Of a DNA stretch of 64,000 bases, positions 1 to 9,209 are shown in pieces. The stretch lies in sequence record NZ_CP145916.1; one strand, given 5' to 3'. Source of the DNA: a plasmid. The notes under the pieces were generated by a model. That model saw nothing but the letters and a program-made list of their open reading frames with translations, was not told the origin of the DNA and did no database searches. The number at the start of each line of letters is the position of its first letter. Position 1 is the first letter of the stretch. A program made the translations under genes and the position numbers.

Positions 1-243
1 GATGGGTAAGCTGGGAAGACAAGGGATATGCGCACTGAGCTGGCGAAGATGTCTGAAATTATCAGGGAGGCATTTTCAGAGCGATACATTTCAAATGAAA
101 AGTAATTGTTCAAAAAGCGCTCAGCGGTAAAAACCAAAAGGTTTCATACTGTTGAAAGGATTAGCATTATCTTATCCCCTGATTTTGTGGATAAGATAAT
201 GCAGTATAGGAAACTAACGCGAACAATACTGCCAATACCACAC

Positions 244-558
244 TTACGAGATCTCACCGCTCTCCAAAAGCAAAATGTCACCCACTACACAGTCAGAGGC
301 ATCCAGCCACTTGCCTATCAGCAAAGAGCAGGCCATCTGGTTAGGCGCATACTCTTTTCTCTTTCCGTCTTCGTCACAAAGGAAGTGAACATACTCTTTA
401 CCATCAAGGATGAGCGCTGGGCTGAGCCCGACGTGCTGGAGATAACCCCCAACCAAGTCATTCATTGTTTCCAAAGAGAGCTCGCCATTCCCCTCGCCCC
501 TGATAATCTTCGTTGTACCATCAGCTTTCACTAACAAAGCCATAACATACCCCCACAA
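244..558 (-). CDS. DUF3846-like plasmid protein (true start probably the ATG at 543, which has a GGGGG SD)
   Basis: ORF translation MALLVKADGTT...LVGGYLQHV...DEDGK matches the DUF3846 pattern seen on plasmids; good SD 7 nt before the internal ATG. Confidence 0.55.
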   Translation of the reverse strand: MWGYVMALLVKADGTTKIIRGEGNGELSLETMNDLVGGYLQHVGLSPALILDGKEYVHFLCDEDGKRKEYAPNQMACSLLIGKWLDASDCVVGDILLLESGEIS

Positions 559-704
559 CCACGTTTAAAGTTGCGCCCATTTTATCAGCCACCCCGAGCA
601 TCTCGAATGGCTGAAAAATAATTTTTTCACAAAAAAGAGACAACGTTGCCCCTCTCTTAAAGTTACAGTGTCACGTTTAATCGCATTCACAAAACCGCTG
701 TTTT

Positions 705-1184
705 ATGCTAAAAATACAGGGTCAACCATGCACCATGCTGGAGAGTAAATTGTTTCGAAAGCTTATTTCTGCCATGCTAGTTTTAGCATATAAATACCCA
801 ATAGCGACAAAGCTTATTGCTATATTATTTACCACCCTATTTATCATCAGTAGCGTTAAATTCATTGAGTCTGGTTTCAATAGTTTAATGGATGGCGTGT
901 TGACAATATTGTTGGCTATAGCAATGATTAAGAGTCTTTTGTTTGCGCTGGATAAAACCACAATCGCGAATCATCACTTAACACATTACTTTATTGAAAA
1001 TCAGGATGCCATTGCATCAGATGAAGAAATCGCGTTCTTTTTGAGAGAGGCGGAAGCAGAAGGTTTTAAAACGGAGCTCATGGATTACATTAATAAGCTT
1101 GGCAGAAAACCTTTAATAAAAGAATGCCTATCTAAATGCCTTGATTTAAAACACGATAAAAACGATGGGAATATCGACGCATGA
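705..1184 (+). CDS. hypothetical membrane protein
   Basis: ORF with 3 hydrophobic helices in the N-terminal half; no recognisable family. Confidence 0.4.
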   Translation: MLKIQGQPCTMLESKLFRKLISAMLVLAYKYPIATKLIAILFTTLFIISSVKFIESGFNSLMDGVLTILLAIAMIKSLLFALDKTTIANHHLTHYFIENQDAIASDEEIAFFLREAEAEGFKTELMDYINKLGRKPLIKECLSKCLDLKHDKNDGNIDA

Positions 1185-1251
1185 AAAAGATAAAACATTC
1201 ATTATTTTATTGGTATGGCGTTAAAATCCTGCTCTCAATAAAACCATTACA

Positions 1252-1255
1252 GCTA
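1252..1255. repeat. CTAA target-site duplication (left) of IS5-family element
   Basis: CTAA immediately flanks both IS ends; IS5 duplicates a 4-bp YTAR target. Confidence 0.75.
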
Positions 1256-2453
1256 AGGAAGGTGCGAATAAGTCCGAGATGTGAGATCATCGTGTTGTAA
1301 CCTGAACCCAGAATGAGTAACCGGATGAGCCAGCAACTGACTTTTGCCGACAGTGAGTTTTCCAGTAAACGCCGCCAGACCCGCAAAGAAGTTTTCCTTG
1401 GCAGAATGGATGACTTGCTTCCCTGGGACAAATTACTTGGCGTTATCGAGCCTGTGTATCCCAAGGCCGGTAATGGTCGCAGGCCCTATCCGCTGGAAAC
1501 CATGCTGCGTATTCACTGCATGCAGCAATGGTACAACCTGAGCGATGAGGCCATGGAAGATGCCCTCTATGAAATCGCCTCCATGCGCCAATTTGCTCGC
1601 CTGTCACTGGATAAAGCCATTCCAGACCGCACTACCATCATGAATTTCCGGCATTTGCTGGAGCAGCATGAACTGGCCCGCAAAATCTTCAGTACCGTTA
1701 ATCACTGGCTAGCAGAGTGTGGCGTTCTAATGACCCAGGGCACCTTGGTGGATGCCACCATCATTCAAGCCCCCAGCTCTACCAAAAACAAACACAACAG
1801 CCGTGATGAAGACATGCACCAGACCAAGAAAGGTAACCAGTGGTACTTCGGCATGAAAGCGCACATTGGCGTGGACGCCAAAAGTGGCCTGACCCACAGT
1901 CTGGTGACCACGGCGGCTAACGAGCACGACCTCAATCAGGTTGGCAAGTTACTGCATGGCGATGAGGAATTTATCTCAGCCGATGCTGGTTATCAGGGGG
2001 CCGAAAAGCGCGATGAGCTCAGCGATGTCAGCGCAGACTGGCTTATCGCCAAGCGTCCCGGCAAAGTGAATGCATTGAAGCAACACCCGCGCAAGAACAA
2101 GCTGGCCATCCGTTACGAATACCTGAAAGCGAGTATCCGAGCGAAGGTTGAGCATCCATTTCGGATAGTAAAATGTCAGTTTGGTTTCGTCAAAGCCAGG
2201 TACAAGGGGCTGGCTAAAAATGACAGTCAACTGGCGATGTTATTCACCCTGGCGAACCTGGTTCGAGTTGACCAATTGATACGGGCACAGGCGAGATCTA
2301 CCTGAAATGAGGAAATTGGCCTGAAACAGGGCCAAAATCAGCCACGAAGAGACGATTTTGGGCTGAAAATTGGAAAATTGAGCCACAGGACGTCGATAAA
2401 GGACGGTTTGGGGCGTCATATCGGGAGCTGCGGACCACTTAATCGCAACTTCC
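1256..2453 (+). mobile_element. IS5-family insertion sequence (ISKpn26/IS5-like), ~1198 bp, intact
   Basis: Left end GGAAGGTGCGAATAAG at 1256-1271; right end CTTAATCGCAACTTCC at 2438-2453 (14/16 inverted match); single transposase ORF; CTAA TSD. Confidence 0.85.
1313..2305 (+). CDS. insH-like: IS5-family transposase (InsH-like, DDE)
   Basis: Protein [26 protein letters not shown]...[32 protein letters not shown]... is near-identical in pattern to IS5 InsH. Confidence 0.9.
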   Translation: MSNRMSQQLTFADSEFSSKRRQTRKEVFLGRMDDLLPWDKLLGVIEPVYPKAGNGRRPYPLETMLRIHCMQQWYNLSDEAMEDALYEIASMRQFARLSLDKAIPDRTTIMNFRHLLEQHELARKIFSTVNHWLAECGVLMTQGTLVDATIIQAPSSTKNKHNSRDEDMHQTKKGNQWYFGMKAHIGVDAKSGLTHSLVTTAANEHDLNQVGKLLHGDEEFISADAGYQGAEKRDELSDVSADWLIAKRPGKVNALKQHPRKNKLAIRYEYLKASIRAKVEHPFRIVKCQFGFVKARYKGLAKNDSQLAMLFTLANLVRVDQLIRAQARST

Positions 2454-2457
2454 CTAA
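2454..2457. repeat. CTAA target-site duplication (right) of IS5-family element
   Basis: see left TSD. Confidence 0.75.
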
Positions 2458-2477
2458 AACGTCAGGGATGATAGTCG

Positions 2478-2738
2478 ATGAAAAACAAGAGTTTTGGAAT
2501 CGTCCTGAAAAAATGTCTTGCAGATGCAGCTGGGTACGCTGTAGAAATCATTTTTATTATGTCAATTTTCTTCCTTCTCGCTTATAGCGCCTCGCTTTTT
2601 GGCGAACCCTCTATTTGGGCCGTCATTGGCGTTACCGCTGTCATCTACATTTTTGGTTCAAAATCCCTCAAGGTGAACGTCGCTTCTGCTAAAGCGCATA
2701 ATGCTGTCCTCCGCTATCTTGATGATCGGTTCCCTTAA
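2478..2738 (+). CDS. small membrane protein (IS inserted 21 nt upstream of its start)
   Basis: ORF with two TM helices; GGGATGATAG RBS-like region preserved after the IS. Confidence 0.45.
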   Translation: MKNKSFGIVLKKCLADAAGYAVEIIFIMSIFFLLAYSASLFGEPSIWAVIGVTAVIYIFGSKSLKVNVASAKAHNAVLRYLDDRFP

Positions 2739-2755
2739 TCATTCTCACAAGTGGA

Positions 2756-2965
2756 TTGAGTATGTATAGAAAATCAGCAAAACAGAAGCAGCTTGAGTAC
2801 CTCGGTAAGTACCTGTCAAACGGCTACCAGTTCGCGCTTGTTGATGAGCTCGGCGAAGTTAAATCAGCGTACCTCTACCAGTACGAGACAAAGCACACCA
2901 GAGTGTTGAAGGGCCAGAAGATCGTTAAACTGAAAGAGTTGTTTGATTCCGTTCTGTCTCAGTGA
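2756..2965 (+). CDS. hypothetical small protein
   Basis: ORF, GGATTGAG SD-like upstream; no family recognised. Confidence 0.35.
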   Translation: MSMYRKSAKQKQLEYLGKYLSNGYQFALVDELGEVKSAYLYQYETKHTRVLKGQKIVKLKELFDSVLSQ

Positions 2966-3118
2966 AAAACTATTTTTTCCTTTTCCCCTGTTTTTGTACC
3001 CTTTTAAGTTTCAGAGAGGGGAAAACTGTCAGATATACTTCGCCTTGTGAGTCCCGTACTGACTGAAAATCGTAATAATCAGCACGGATAGTAACCACAA
3101 CGTCACTCAGGTGGACAT

Positions 3119-3295
3119 ATGCTGCAACTCGATAAAACTGATTTCATCTTGATTGGAATCGCCCTACTGGCCTTCATGGTACATATCGTCTATTCACGCT
3201 ACAAAAAAATGCGTGAAGATGATGAGAACCGACGCATTGAGAAAAACCCGCCTCAAGTCTGGTCGGCTCAATCTGATGAAGAAAGTGAAAAATAA
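3119..3295 (+). CDS. 58-aa single-pass membrane protein (below the ORF-track cutoff)
   Basis: AGGTGG SD 6 nt before ATG; MLQLDKTDFILIGIALLAFMVHIVY... TM helix then charged tail; followed by terminator. Confidence 0.4.
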   Translation: MLQLDKTDFILIGIALLAFMVHIVYSRYKKMREDDENRRIEKNPPQVWSAQSDEESEK

Positions 3296-3312
3296 GGAAC
3301 AATGATCTACAG

Positions 3313-3345
3313 GTAAAAAAAAGCCCCGAATCTGGGGCTTTTCTT
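3313..3345. terminator. bidirectional rho-independent terminator
   Basis: AAAAAAAAGCCCCGAATCTGGGGCTTTTCTTC hairpin flanked by A- and T-runs between convergent genes. Confidence 0.7.
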
Positions 3346-3355
3346 CATTATGCCT

Positions 3356-4369
3356 TTATTGCACGAGCGAACTATCCCGCATTCTTTCTTCTTCCCGGAT
3401 AACATTTTTAGCACGTTGTACGTTCCTGTACGACGTAACCAAAATGAACAGCAGGACGATGGCTATGCCCGTCAGTACGGCCATCCAATTTGATATAAGC
3501 TGGTGGCGTGACTTGCTCGACTCAATTTGTGCATTTATCTCATCGGCATACGGGTTAGGTTTGTCGAAGCCCGGCAGTTTATTGGCTTCTGCAAAGATGG
3601 CGTATCCCGTGCGCTCATCAATGACGGTGTGATCAGTAATACCACCAGCAGCCTCAATCACATAAGCAGCAAGAGCGGCGGAAACTGGCAGGCCCATAGA
3701 TGTTTTCCCTGTTAGCTGACCTTCAATAGCCATCGCTTGTGACAGCCCAACGCTTATCCGCTGAGCATCGGCCTTTGAGAAAACATCAATCAGATTGCTG
3801 GCATCGTCCTGATTAGCCACGTTGCTCTCTAATACACTGTTGATAATAAATTCACCACGAGTTGAAATAGATAACGCTTCAAGATATCCCTTAGAGTTGC
3901 CTTTTTTTATGTATTCTTCAAAATCAATCTTGTCATTTTTATTTGTTTCCCAATGACTGGAATCATCCCCTATCATGGTACTCAATATAATTGGCGTGGA
4001 TGCGATAATAACTCCGACAAAGATAGACCAAACGCCTATCATTAGGTTCCCTCTCAATACCCCATTGATGAAACCAAACATCACTAATAACGCGGCAAAT
4101 ATTTTGAAAATGAAGCTATTTTCAAACACACTCGTAATTGAAGTAAATGCCCCCGCAAATCTTCCCGGTGCTTCCAAAGTTATAGATTGTGGATCCACGG
4201 ATAATAGTGTGGGCAATTCCGATACGGGAATTACTGATGCAATAAATAAAACCGCAATCAATAGCATCGCAAACAAAAAGCAATACAAAAGTCTATTTGT
4301 TTTCTTTTGTAACTTTTCAACGGTCACGCTTGACTGTTCAAAATCATTTTTCATTATTCCCGCCTTCAT
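3356..4369 (-). CDS. klaC: KlaC/TelB-like integral membrane protein
   Basis: Last gene of a 3-gene minus-strand operon after a TelA homologue; multiple TM segments; size matches RK2 KlaC. Confidence 0.5.
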   Translation of the reverse strand: MKAGIMKNDFEQSSVTVEKLQKKTNRLLYCFLFAMLLIAVLFIASVIPVSELPTLLSVDPQSITLEAPGRFAGAFTSITSVFENSFIFKIFAALLVMFGFINGVLRGNLMIGVWSIFVGVIIASTPIILSTMIGDDSSHWETNKNDKIDFEEYIKKGNSKGYLEALSISTRGEFIINSVLESNVANQDDASNLIDVFSKADAQRISVGLSQAMAIEGQLTGKTSMGLPVSAALAAYVIEAAGGITDHTVIDERTGYAIFAEANKLPGFDKPNPYADEINAQIESSKSRHQLISNWMAVLTGIAIVLLFILVTSYRNVQRAKNVIREEERMRDSSLVQ

Positions 4370-4417
4370 AAATACTCACTGTTCAAAATTAACATGGCGT
4401 CTCGCGTTATATGGCAA

Positions 4418-5548
4418 TCAATGGTTGGATAGTTTATTTTTACCCATTCCATTAATTAGTCTTTGACGACGTTCTTCCTGCCACTCAATAGCTCGTTTTT
4501 CAAGAGCAAGATGCCCGTCTGAATTACTTTTGTGGATAGCATGAGCCTCTGCTATCGCTTCATTCATCAATGTAGATATGCGATCCAGCGTTTTAGCGTC
4601 ATAAACGGAACGGTGAGACTGTTTTGCTATACGGATGGTGTTATCTTTCACGAGTTCGGCCTGACGCAGTGCCAAAGCATTAGTCGCATCATCAATCGCC
4701 TCAATGAGCTTAACCCCCGCGTTCTGCTTCTCCAGTGCATCAACGATCAGGTGCCCACGCTTCGCCGCTGGCAACGTCAGTTCTTCAACGGAGCGGAATT
4801 TATCCACCAGCGCGAGGTTGTTTTGCTGCATCATGCGAAGCATAGTTAAATCATCAAATGATTTTTGCTGCATGGAAATCATGTCTTTACGGCGTTTTTT
4901 CAGCGTATCAAGCTGATACTGAATATCATTGATCTCTATAGAAAGAAGTGTATTGGTTTTATTTTTTTTAAACTCTTCCTGACGCGTTTGCAGTTCACCT
5001 TCAATGCTGTCAATAACCAGCTTTGAAGCCACGATGTTGATCCCCTGAGCCCGGATATCGGCCAGAACATCGTTATACATGGCATCAAGTTTCACGTTCT
5101 GCTCAAGGTATCCTGTGGATATCGATGAGATGCCATCCGCCAGAATATCCATTTGCCCTTTTACTGAATCAAAACGGTTCAGCGCTCTTCGTTGCATAAA
5201 GGTAAGGCGTGAAATCACAAACCCTATGATGGGAATACGGCTGATGACCCGCTGTAGATCTGATGGCTGAACAGAGTCGCTTATCTGTCGTGAGAGAAAC
5301 GCAATTTCATTGAGCTGCTTCCCGCTTTCTTTCTGGTCAATAACTTTGACATCTTCCAGCATGGTGTCGAGATAGCTGGCATCTGTCGCGGAACGGCCAA
5401 AGTCATGAACAGACATGACATCACCCAGACGGATACTTGATGCTGCCTGTAATATCTCATCCCGGTTAGCCGCAGTAATGGCAAAGGCTTGTTGCTGGTC
5501 GAGGTTTGCATTGTTGATATCAAGAACCAGAGCTGTAGAAGTTGTCAT
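4418..5548 (-). CDS. telA: TelA/KlaB family toxic-anion-resistance protein
   Basis: 376 aa, coiled-coil rich; size, composition and operon context (between klaA-like and klaC-like) match the kilA locus. Confidence 0.65.
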   Translation of the reverse strand: MTTSTALVLDINNANLDQQQAFAITAANRDEILQAASSIRLGDVMSVHDFGRSATDASYLDTMLEDVKVIDQKESGKQLNEIAFLSRQISDSVQPSDLQRVISRIPIIGFVISRLTFMQRRALNRFDSVKGQMDILADGISSISTGYLEQNVKLDAMYNDVLADIRAQGINIVASKLVIDSIEGELQTRQEEFKKNKTNTLLSIEINDIQYQLDTLKKRRKDMISMQQKSFDDLTMLRMMQQNNLALVDKFRSVEELTLPAAKRGHLIVDALEKQNAGVKLIEAIDDATNALALRQAELVKDNTIRIAKQSHRSVYDAKTLDRISTLMNEAIAEAHAIHKSNSDGHLALEKRAIEWQEERRQRLINGMGKNKLSNH

Positions 5549-6342
5549 TAGTGCTTTCCTTTCGTTACGTTCATTCGTTTTACCAGCGCTTCAAAACGCT
5601 TTTGCGCTTCGGTGTCGTTCTCGATGTCATAAACACCGGCATTAAACATTCGTACCTGCGTGCGCCACATAGGCAGCACATCGTTTAGGCATTCCTTCAC
5701 CCTGTCCACATGCCCCACTGATGCGTCAAGAACTAACCCGACTGACGAGAGGTGCATTTCTAACGTGGCCTGAGTGACTTTCATATTCACAATTTTTCGC
5801 CGTAAGCGATCTAGACCAAAAGAGATCTGACTCGTTAATGACTTATCGCCATCAAAGCCCGTAATGAAGATTTCAGCGGTTTCTATGTACTGCTCAAGCA
5901 GAGAGATATCTCGCTGATAAAGTGAGAAAAGAGCCTCTAACAGTGGGATCACACTTTCCGCCTGTTTCAATATGACAGGGGCTGATTCGGCTATCGCCTC
6001 AACCTTCCGGCAGTAGAGTTTAAACTCTATTTTCTGTGTCTCTCCTGCGCCTGTCAGGCCATTCCATACCTTCGCCAGAAACCCAGCGTTTTGATAGCGA
6101 TACAACTTATGAGGGCTGGCTTTGCCGATGTACTCCACCAGCTGAGCAATCATGCCCTTAATGTTTTTATCCTCACTGCAACGCTGCATCAGGTCATCAA
6201 CGTGATATTCATTATCACCAATCACCACAACATCGTTCGACTGCGTTTTTAGGGTTGGCCCGAAAGGGACGTTACCCAAGGTGTCATTGATGAAGGCGGG
6301 TAGCTGCTTTTTCATCAGGTTTTCTTTTAAGACTTCGTTCAT
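5548..6342 (-). CDS. klaA: KlaA-like protein (first gene of kilA-type operon)
   Basis: 264 aa ORF whose stop/start overlaps telA (ATGA); synteny with klaABC. Confidence 0.45.
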   Translation of the reverse strand: MNEVLKENLMKKQLPAFINDTLGNVPFGPTLKTQSNDVVVIGDNEYHVDDLMQRCSEDKNIKGMIAQLVEYIGKASPHKLYRYQNAGFLAKVWNGLTGAGETQKIEFKLYCRKVEAIAESAPVILKQAESVIPLLEALFSLYQRDISLLEQYIETAEIFITGFDGDKSLTSQISFGLDRLRRKIVNMKVTQATLEMHLSSVGLVLDASVGHVDRVKECLNDVLPMWRTQVRMFNAGVYDIENDTEAQKRFEALVKRMNVTKGKH

Positions 6343-6459
6343 AGCGTGTCTCTTTTTCTTGCTGTTGTAACCACGCTAACACGGGATATAAGGAGGCCGA
6401 ATAGCAAACTCGCAATTTATTTCGAAAAAAAATGAAGATTTTTGACCACAAAACGAGGG

Positions 6460-6480
6460 GGAAAAAAACAGGGTTTTTGG
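6460..6480 (-). promoter_or_regulatory. regulon box GGAAAAAAACAGGGTTTTTGG (minus-strand reading CAAAAACCCTGTTTTTTTCC) ~120 nt upstream of klaA
   Basis: member of the CAAAAYGTCCYGTTTTT motif family recurring upstream of operons in this window. Confidence 0.4.
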
Positions 6481-6526
6481 GCTCGGCTATGTATCCTGTG
6501 AATCATCTAATTCAGGGGATGATTTT

Positions 6527-6961
6527 ATGCTCAGATTTTTACCCATTATGTTTGCCTCTGGTCGTGTGTCCTTTAATCGGATTCTTGTTACGCTGGTTGA
6601 CTTCCTTGTCATCTATACGTTTCTCCTTGCCTATGATGGCGTCTTGCACTGGTCAATTGGGGTTTTGTTCATGTACCTCACTGTGGTGTTCTATACGTGC
6701 ATAGGCTATTTCCGTTACTTCGCGATCATAAAAAAACACCCACTCATTAAGGCCAACTTCCAGCTGGATGATGGAATTATTAAGGTCACGCTCACCGTCA
6801 AGTTAAACACGGATAGCAGTGAATCTTTCTTCATCGAGGCTCTCGTAAAGCAAGTAACCGGTAAATCGTACCCTTCTTATGCTCTGTTTATCGGCATGAG
6901 CCTTTGCAACTCTCTGATACTGTATGCACGTCTTTTAAAATCTAAAGGAGTAACACAATGA
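6527..6961 (+). CDS. polytopic membrane protein
   Basis: ORF with 4 predicted TM helices; ATGA overlap with next gene. Confidence 0.5.
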   Translation: MLRFLPIMFASGRVSFNRILVTLVDFLVIYTFLLAYDGVLHWSIGVLFMYLTVVFYTCIGYFRYFAIIKKHPLIKANFQLDDGIIKVTLTVKLNTDSSESFFIEALVKQVTGKSYPSYALFIGMSLCNSLILYARLLKSKGVTQ

Positions 6962-7683
6962 CCGCCGTTCTCGTTGTATTGGTTCTGCTCATCATTTTGC
7001 TGGTCAAAAATGTTTGGCAGAAAAAGAAGCCCGCCAGATGGGTATATGTCGGGATCGCGGTATGTGTCATCTATACCCTGTCCATGCGTTTTATTGGTGG
7101 GATTTACACAGTCCCTTCCGCCTCTATGGAGCCCACTCTCAATGTAGGCGACTACACAGTAAATGTCCGGGTTGGTGGCCTGCTTGATAGCGGCGATATC
7201 ATGCGTGGAGATGTTATCGCCTTCAAAGCCCCTTCGGTTCCCCGGACGCTCTACATCAAGCGCGTACTGGGTATGCCGGGCGATGTCGTTCAGTACCTAC
7301 CAAGCAAAACATTTACGGTAAACGGTAAGCCTGTGGGCTCCCTCGTTTCTGAAACAGACACCTTAATGGTATTCAGGGACACCGAAGAGCGTTCTGGGCT
7401 GGACTATGAGTTTGTCATTGATAAAAGTACCCCGTACCTGAAATCACGCGATGAATGGGTCATTCCTGCTGATTACTATTTCATGATCGGAGATAACCGC
7501 GATCACTCATGGGATGGCCGCTACTGGGAGAATCCTCCCGGAACACCCAAGCACCTGCGCGGGTTAGTGAAGAAAGACCAGATTGATTCCCGCTACGTTA
7601 AAACCTTATTTAATTTCAAGCTGTTCGATAGCTATGATCCCCTAGAAGCCGAATTAAGGATTATCAGAAACAATGGTCATTGA
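6958..7683 (+). CDS. signal peptidase I (S26 family; TrhP/TraF-like paralogue)
   Basis: Box B SASMEPTL, box D YIKRVLGMPGD, box E GDNRDHSWDGRYW all present. Confidence 0.8.
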   Translation: MTAVLVVLVLLIILLVKNVWQKKKPARWVYVGIAVCVIYTLSMRFIGGIYTVPSASMEPTLNVGDYTVNVRVGGLLDSGDIMRGDVIAFKAPSVPRTLYIKRVLGMPGDVVQYLPSKTFTVNGKPVGSLVSETDTLMVFRDTEERSGLDYEFVIDKSTPYLKSRDEWVIPADYYFMIGDNRDHSWDGRYWENPPGTPKHLRGLVKKDQIDSRYVKTLFNFKLFDSYDPLEAELRIIRNNGH

Positions 7684-8317
7684 GTTATTTTTCAAAACAC
7701 GAGACAAAAAAGCGCTACATACCTTCGCGCTGGTTGTTAAAACGCATGAAAAGTGGCGCAAAGAGTTACTCAATATCTGCAAGCAGTATGGGTTCACAGA
7801 GTTTTTGGGCCCTGACTTCTGTACACCAGATTTGTTTCTGCAAGACAGATACTCAACAAAGGTTCGTGGGCGGGGGTTTAACCCGGTGAATGATAAATCC
7901 GTTTACCTGTCACCTGACTATGAGCCTTTCACGCTTAGAAGAGATTACCCGGTCAGTGCGGCGATATTCCGCCAGATAGATGATATGTCAAGGGGGGCGC
8001 TGGCTTCCCTCAATCTGACTCAGGAGGCATATGGCCGACCTGATCACGTTGGCTATCAGCACGCAGCTTGCCTTCTGCTGGGTATAAGCCATCCCTATAT
8101 AAAAGGTGATGTCACAGCGTTTTCTCAGGTTTGGCGTTTGGTTGATGAGCAGGGATTGCCTCTGCTGGTGGCCTCAGTACCTGTGCCAATGAGAGATGCT
8201 GATATGCAGTATCAAATCCCAGACATCCCTGATGTATGGCAGGACGTTTCCGCGCATGAAGTCGTCTCCGCCTTCAATTATCACAATGCAAAAGTCAATG
8301 AAATGAGTGTCAAATGA
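7673..8317 (+). CDS. hypothetical protein, translationally coupled to the S26 peptidase gene
   Basis: ORF overlaps upstream gene by 11 nt; no family recognised. Confidence 0.5.
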   Translation: MVIELFFKTRDKKALHTFALVVKTHEKWRKELLNICKQYGFTEFLGPDFCTPDLFLQDRYSTKVRGRGFNPVNDKSVYLSPDYEPFTLRRDYPVSAAIFRQIDDMSRGALASLNLTQEAYGRPDHVGYQHAACLLLGISHPYIKGDVTAFSQVWRLVDEQGLPLLVASVPVPMRDADMQYQIPDIPDVWQDVSAHEVVSAFNYHNAKVNEMSVK

Positions 8318-8357
8318 CACTTGTTTTAATGTCGATTGAATATCAAACGGAGGCCAG

Positions 8358-8705
8358 ATGATGCCCATTAAGATGTCATTTATTACATGTGCTTTTCTCC
8401 TTATTGGAGGGTGTGCGGCACAACCAGAACAGAGTGATACCACTGATAACGTGGCTTTGAATGATAAAACAAGACAGGTGAATGCGGTTGAAACCCCGAC
8501 AAAATCGCCTACCGCAATGCAAATACTAAAGAGCTCTGGCCTGATGCCGGATGACAACTATGTGTCTGCCGATTTCATTCCTAACAGTGACAATACGATG
8601 ATCGTCGCGGATATCCGTGATGTGCCCTGCAAGATGATTTTTCGCTACATAACCACAACGAACGGTGACTACTGGATGCCGAATCAGATTGGATGTTCAC
8701 CATAA
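8358..8705 (+). CDS. lipoprotein
   Basis: Signal peptide with lipobox LLIGGC; GGAGG SD. Confidence 0.5.
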   Translation: MMPIKMSFITCAFLLIGGCAAQPEQSDTTDNVALNDKTRQVNAVETPTKSPTAMQILKSSGLMPDDNYVSADFIPNSDNTMIVADIRDVPCKMIFRYITTTNGDYWMPNQIGCSP

Positions 8706-8718
8706 GAAATTTTCGGCT

Positions 8719-8774
8719 ACGTTTTGCGGCCAAAAAACTTGGCTTTTTCGGCATAAAACAGGACATGATATAAT
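8719..8774 (+). promoter_or_regulatory. operator/promoter composite: ACGTTTTGCGGCCAAAAAAC ... AAAACAGGAC immediately followed by an extended -10 TGATATAAT
   Basis: ACGTTTTGCGG half-site also at 37121 and 38131; AAAACAGGAC also at 14931, 15056 and 38123; extended -10 at 8766-8774. Confidence 0.45.
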
Positions 8775-8822
8775 CAACTCTCAGATAAAACGTTTGGCGG
8801 TAACGCCATTAGGGAGAGTGGA

Positions 8823-9200
8823 ATGTTTCTTTATTACTTGGTTTACCTTGCGGGGATGGTGTTGCTGTATGCCTCAGTCCCCTTGCTGCCGATGCTGGAT
8901 GGCGTGGTTTGGCCGATAACCAACATCATTAAATTTTATGCCGGGCTGAATGTGATTTTCCTTTTCACAGTGGTCTGGTGGAACGCAAGAAAACACTTTT
9001 ACTTCGTGTGGGCCGGATACCTCATCTTGATGGTGGGTTACTTCGGTTTCATCTATCCGAACGCATCTGATCTACTACAGGCGATTGTGTTCGTGGTTGC
9101 GGGTGTGAATGTGGGCGTCACTTTCTATGACGTTGTGATCTGCCGCTGTAAAGGTATCTATAAGCGAACTGGACGGAGGTACGCCGTGCCGGTTAAATAA
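8823..9200 (+). CDS. membrane protein
   Basis: 4 hydrophobic helices; GGGAGAG SD. Confidence 0.5.
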   Translation: MFLYYLVYLAGMVLLYASVPLLPMLDGVVWPITNIIKFYAGLNVIFLFTVVWWNARKHFYFVWAGYLILMVGYFGFIYPNASDLLQAIVFVVAGVNVGVTFYDVVICRCKGIYKRTGRRYAVPVK

Positions 9201-9209
9201 TTATGAAAG

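Noticed and set aside
106-534. 142-aa + strand ORF at window start
   Set aside because: Begins at a TTG, has no RBS, and lies antisense over the much more protein-like DUF3846-type gene (244-558, minus).
1207-1464. 85-aa minus-strand ORF
   Set aside because: Runs across the left inverted repeat of the IS5 element and its transposase start; artefact of the IS junction.
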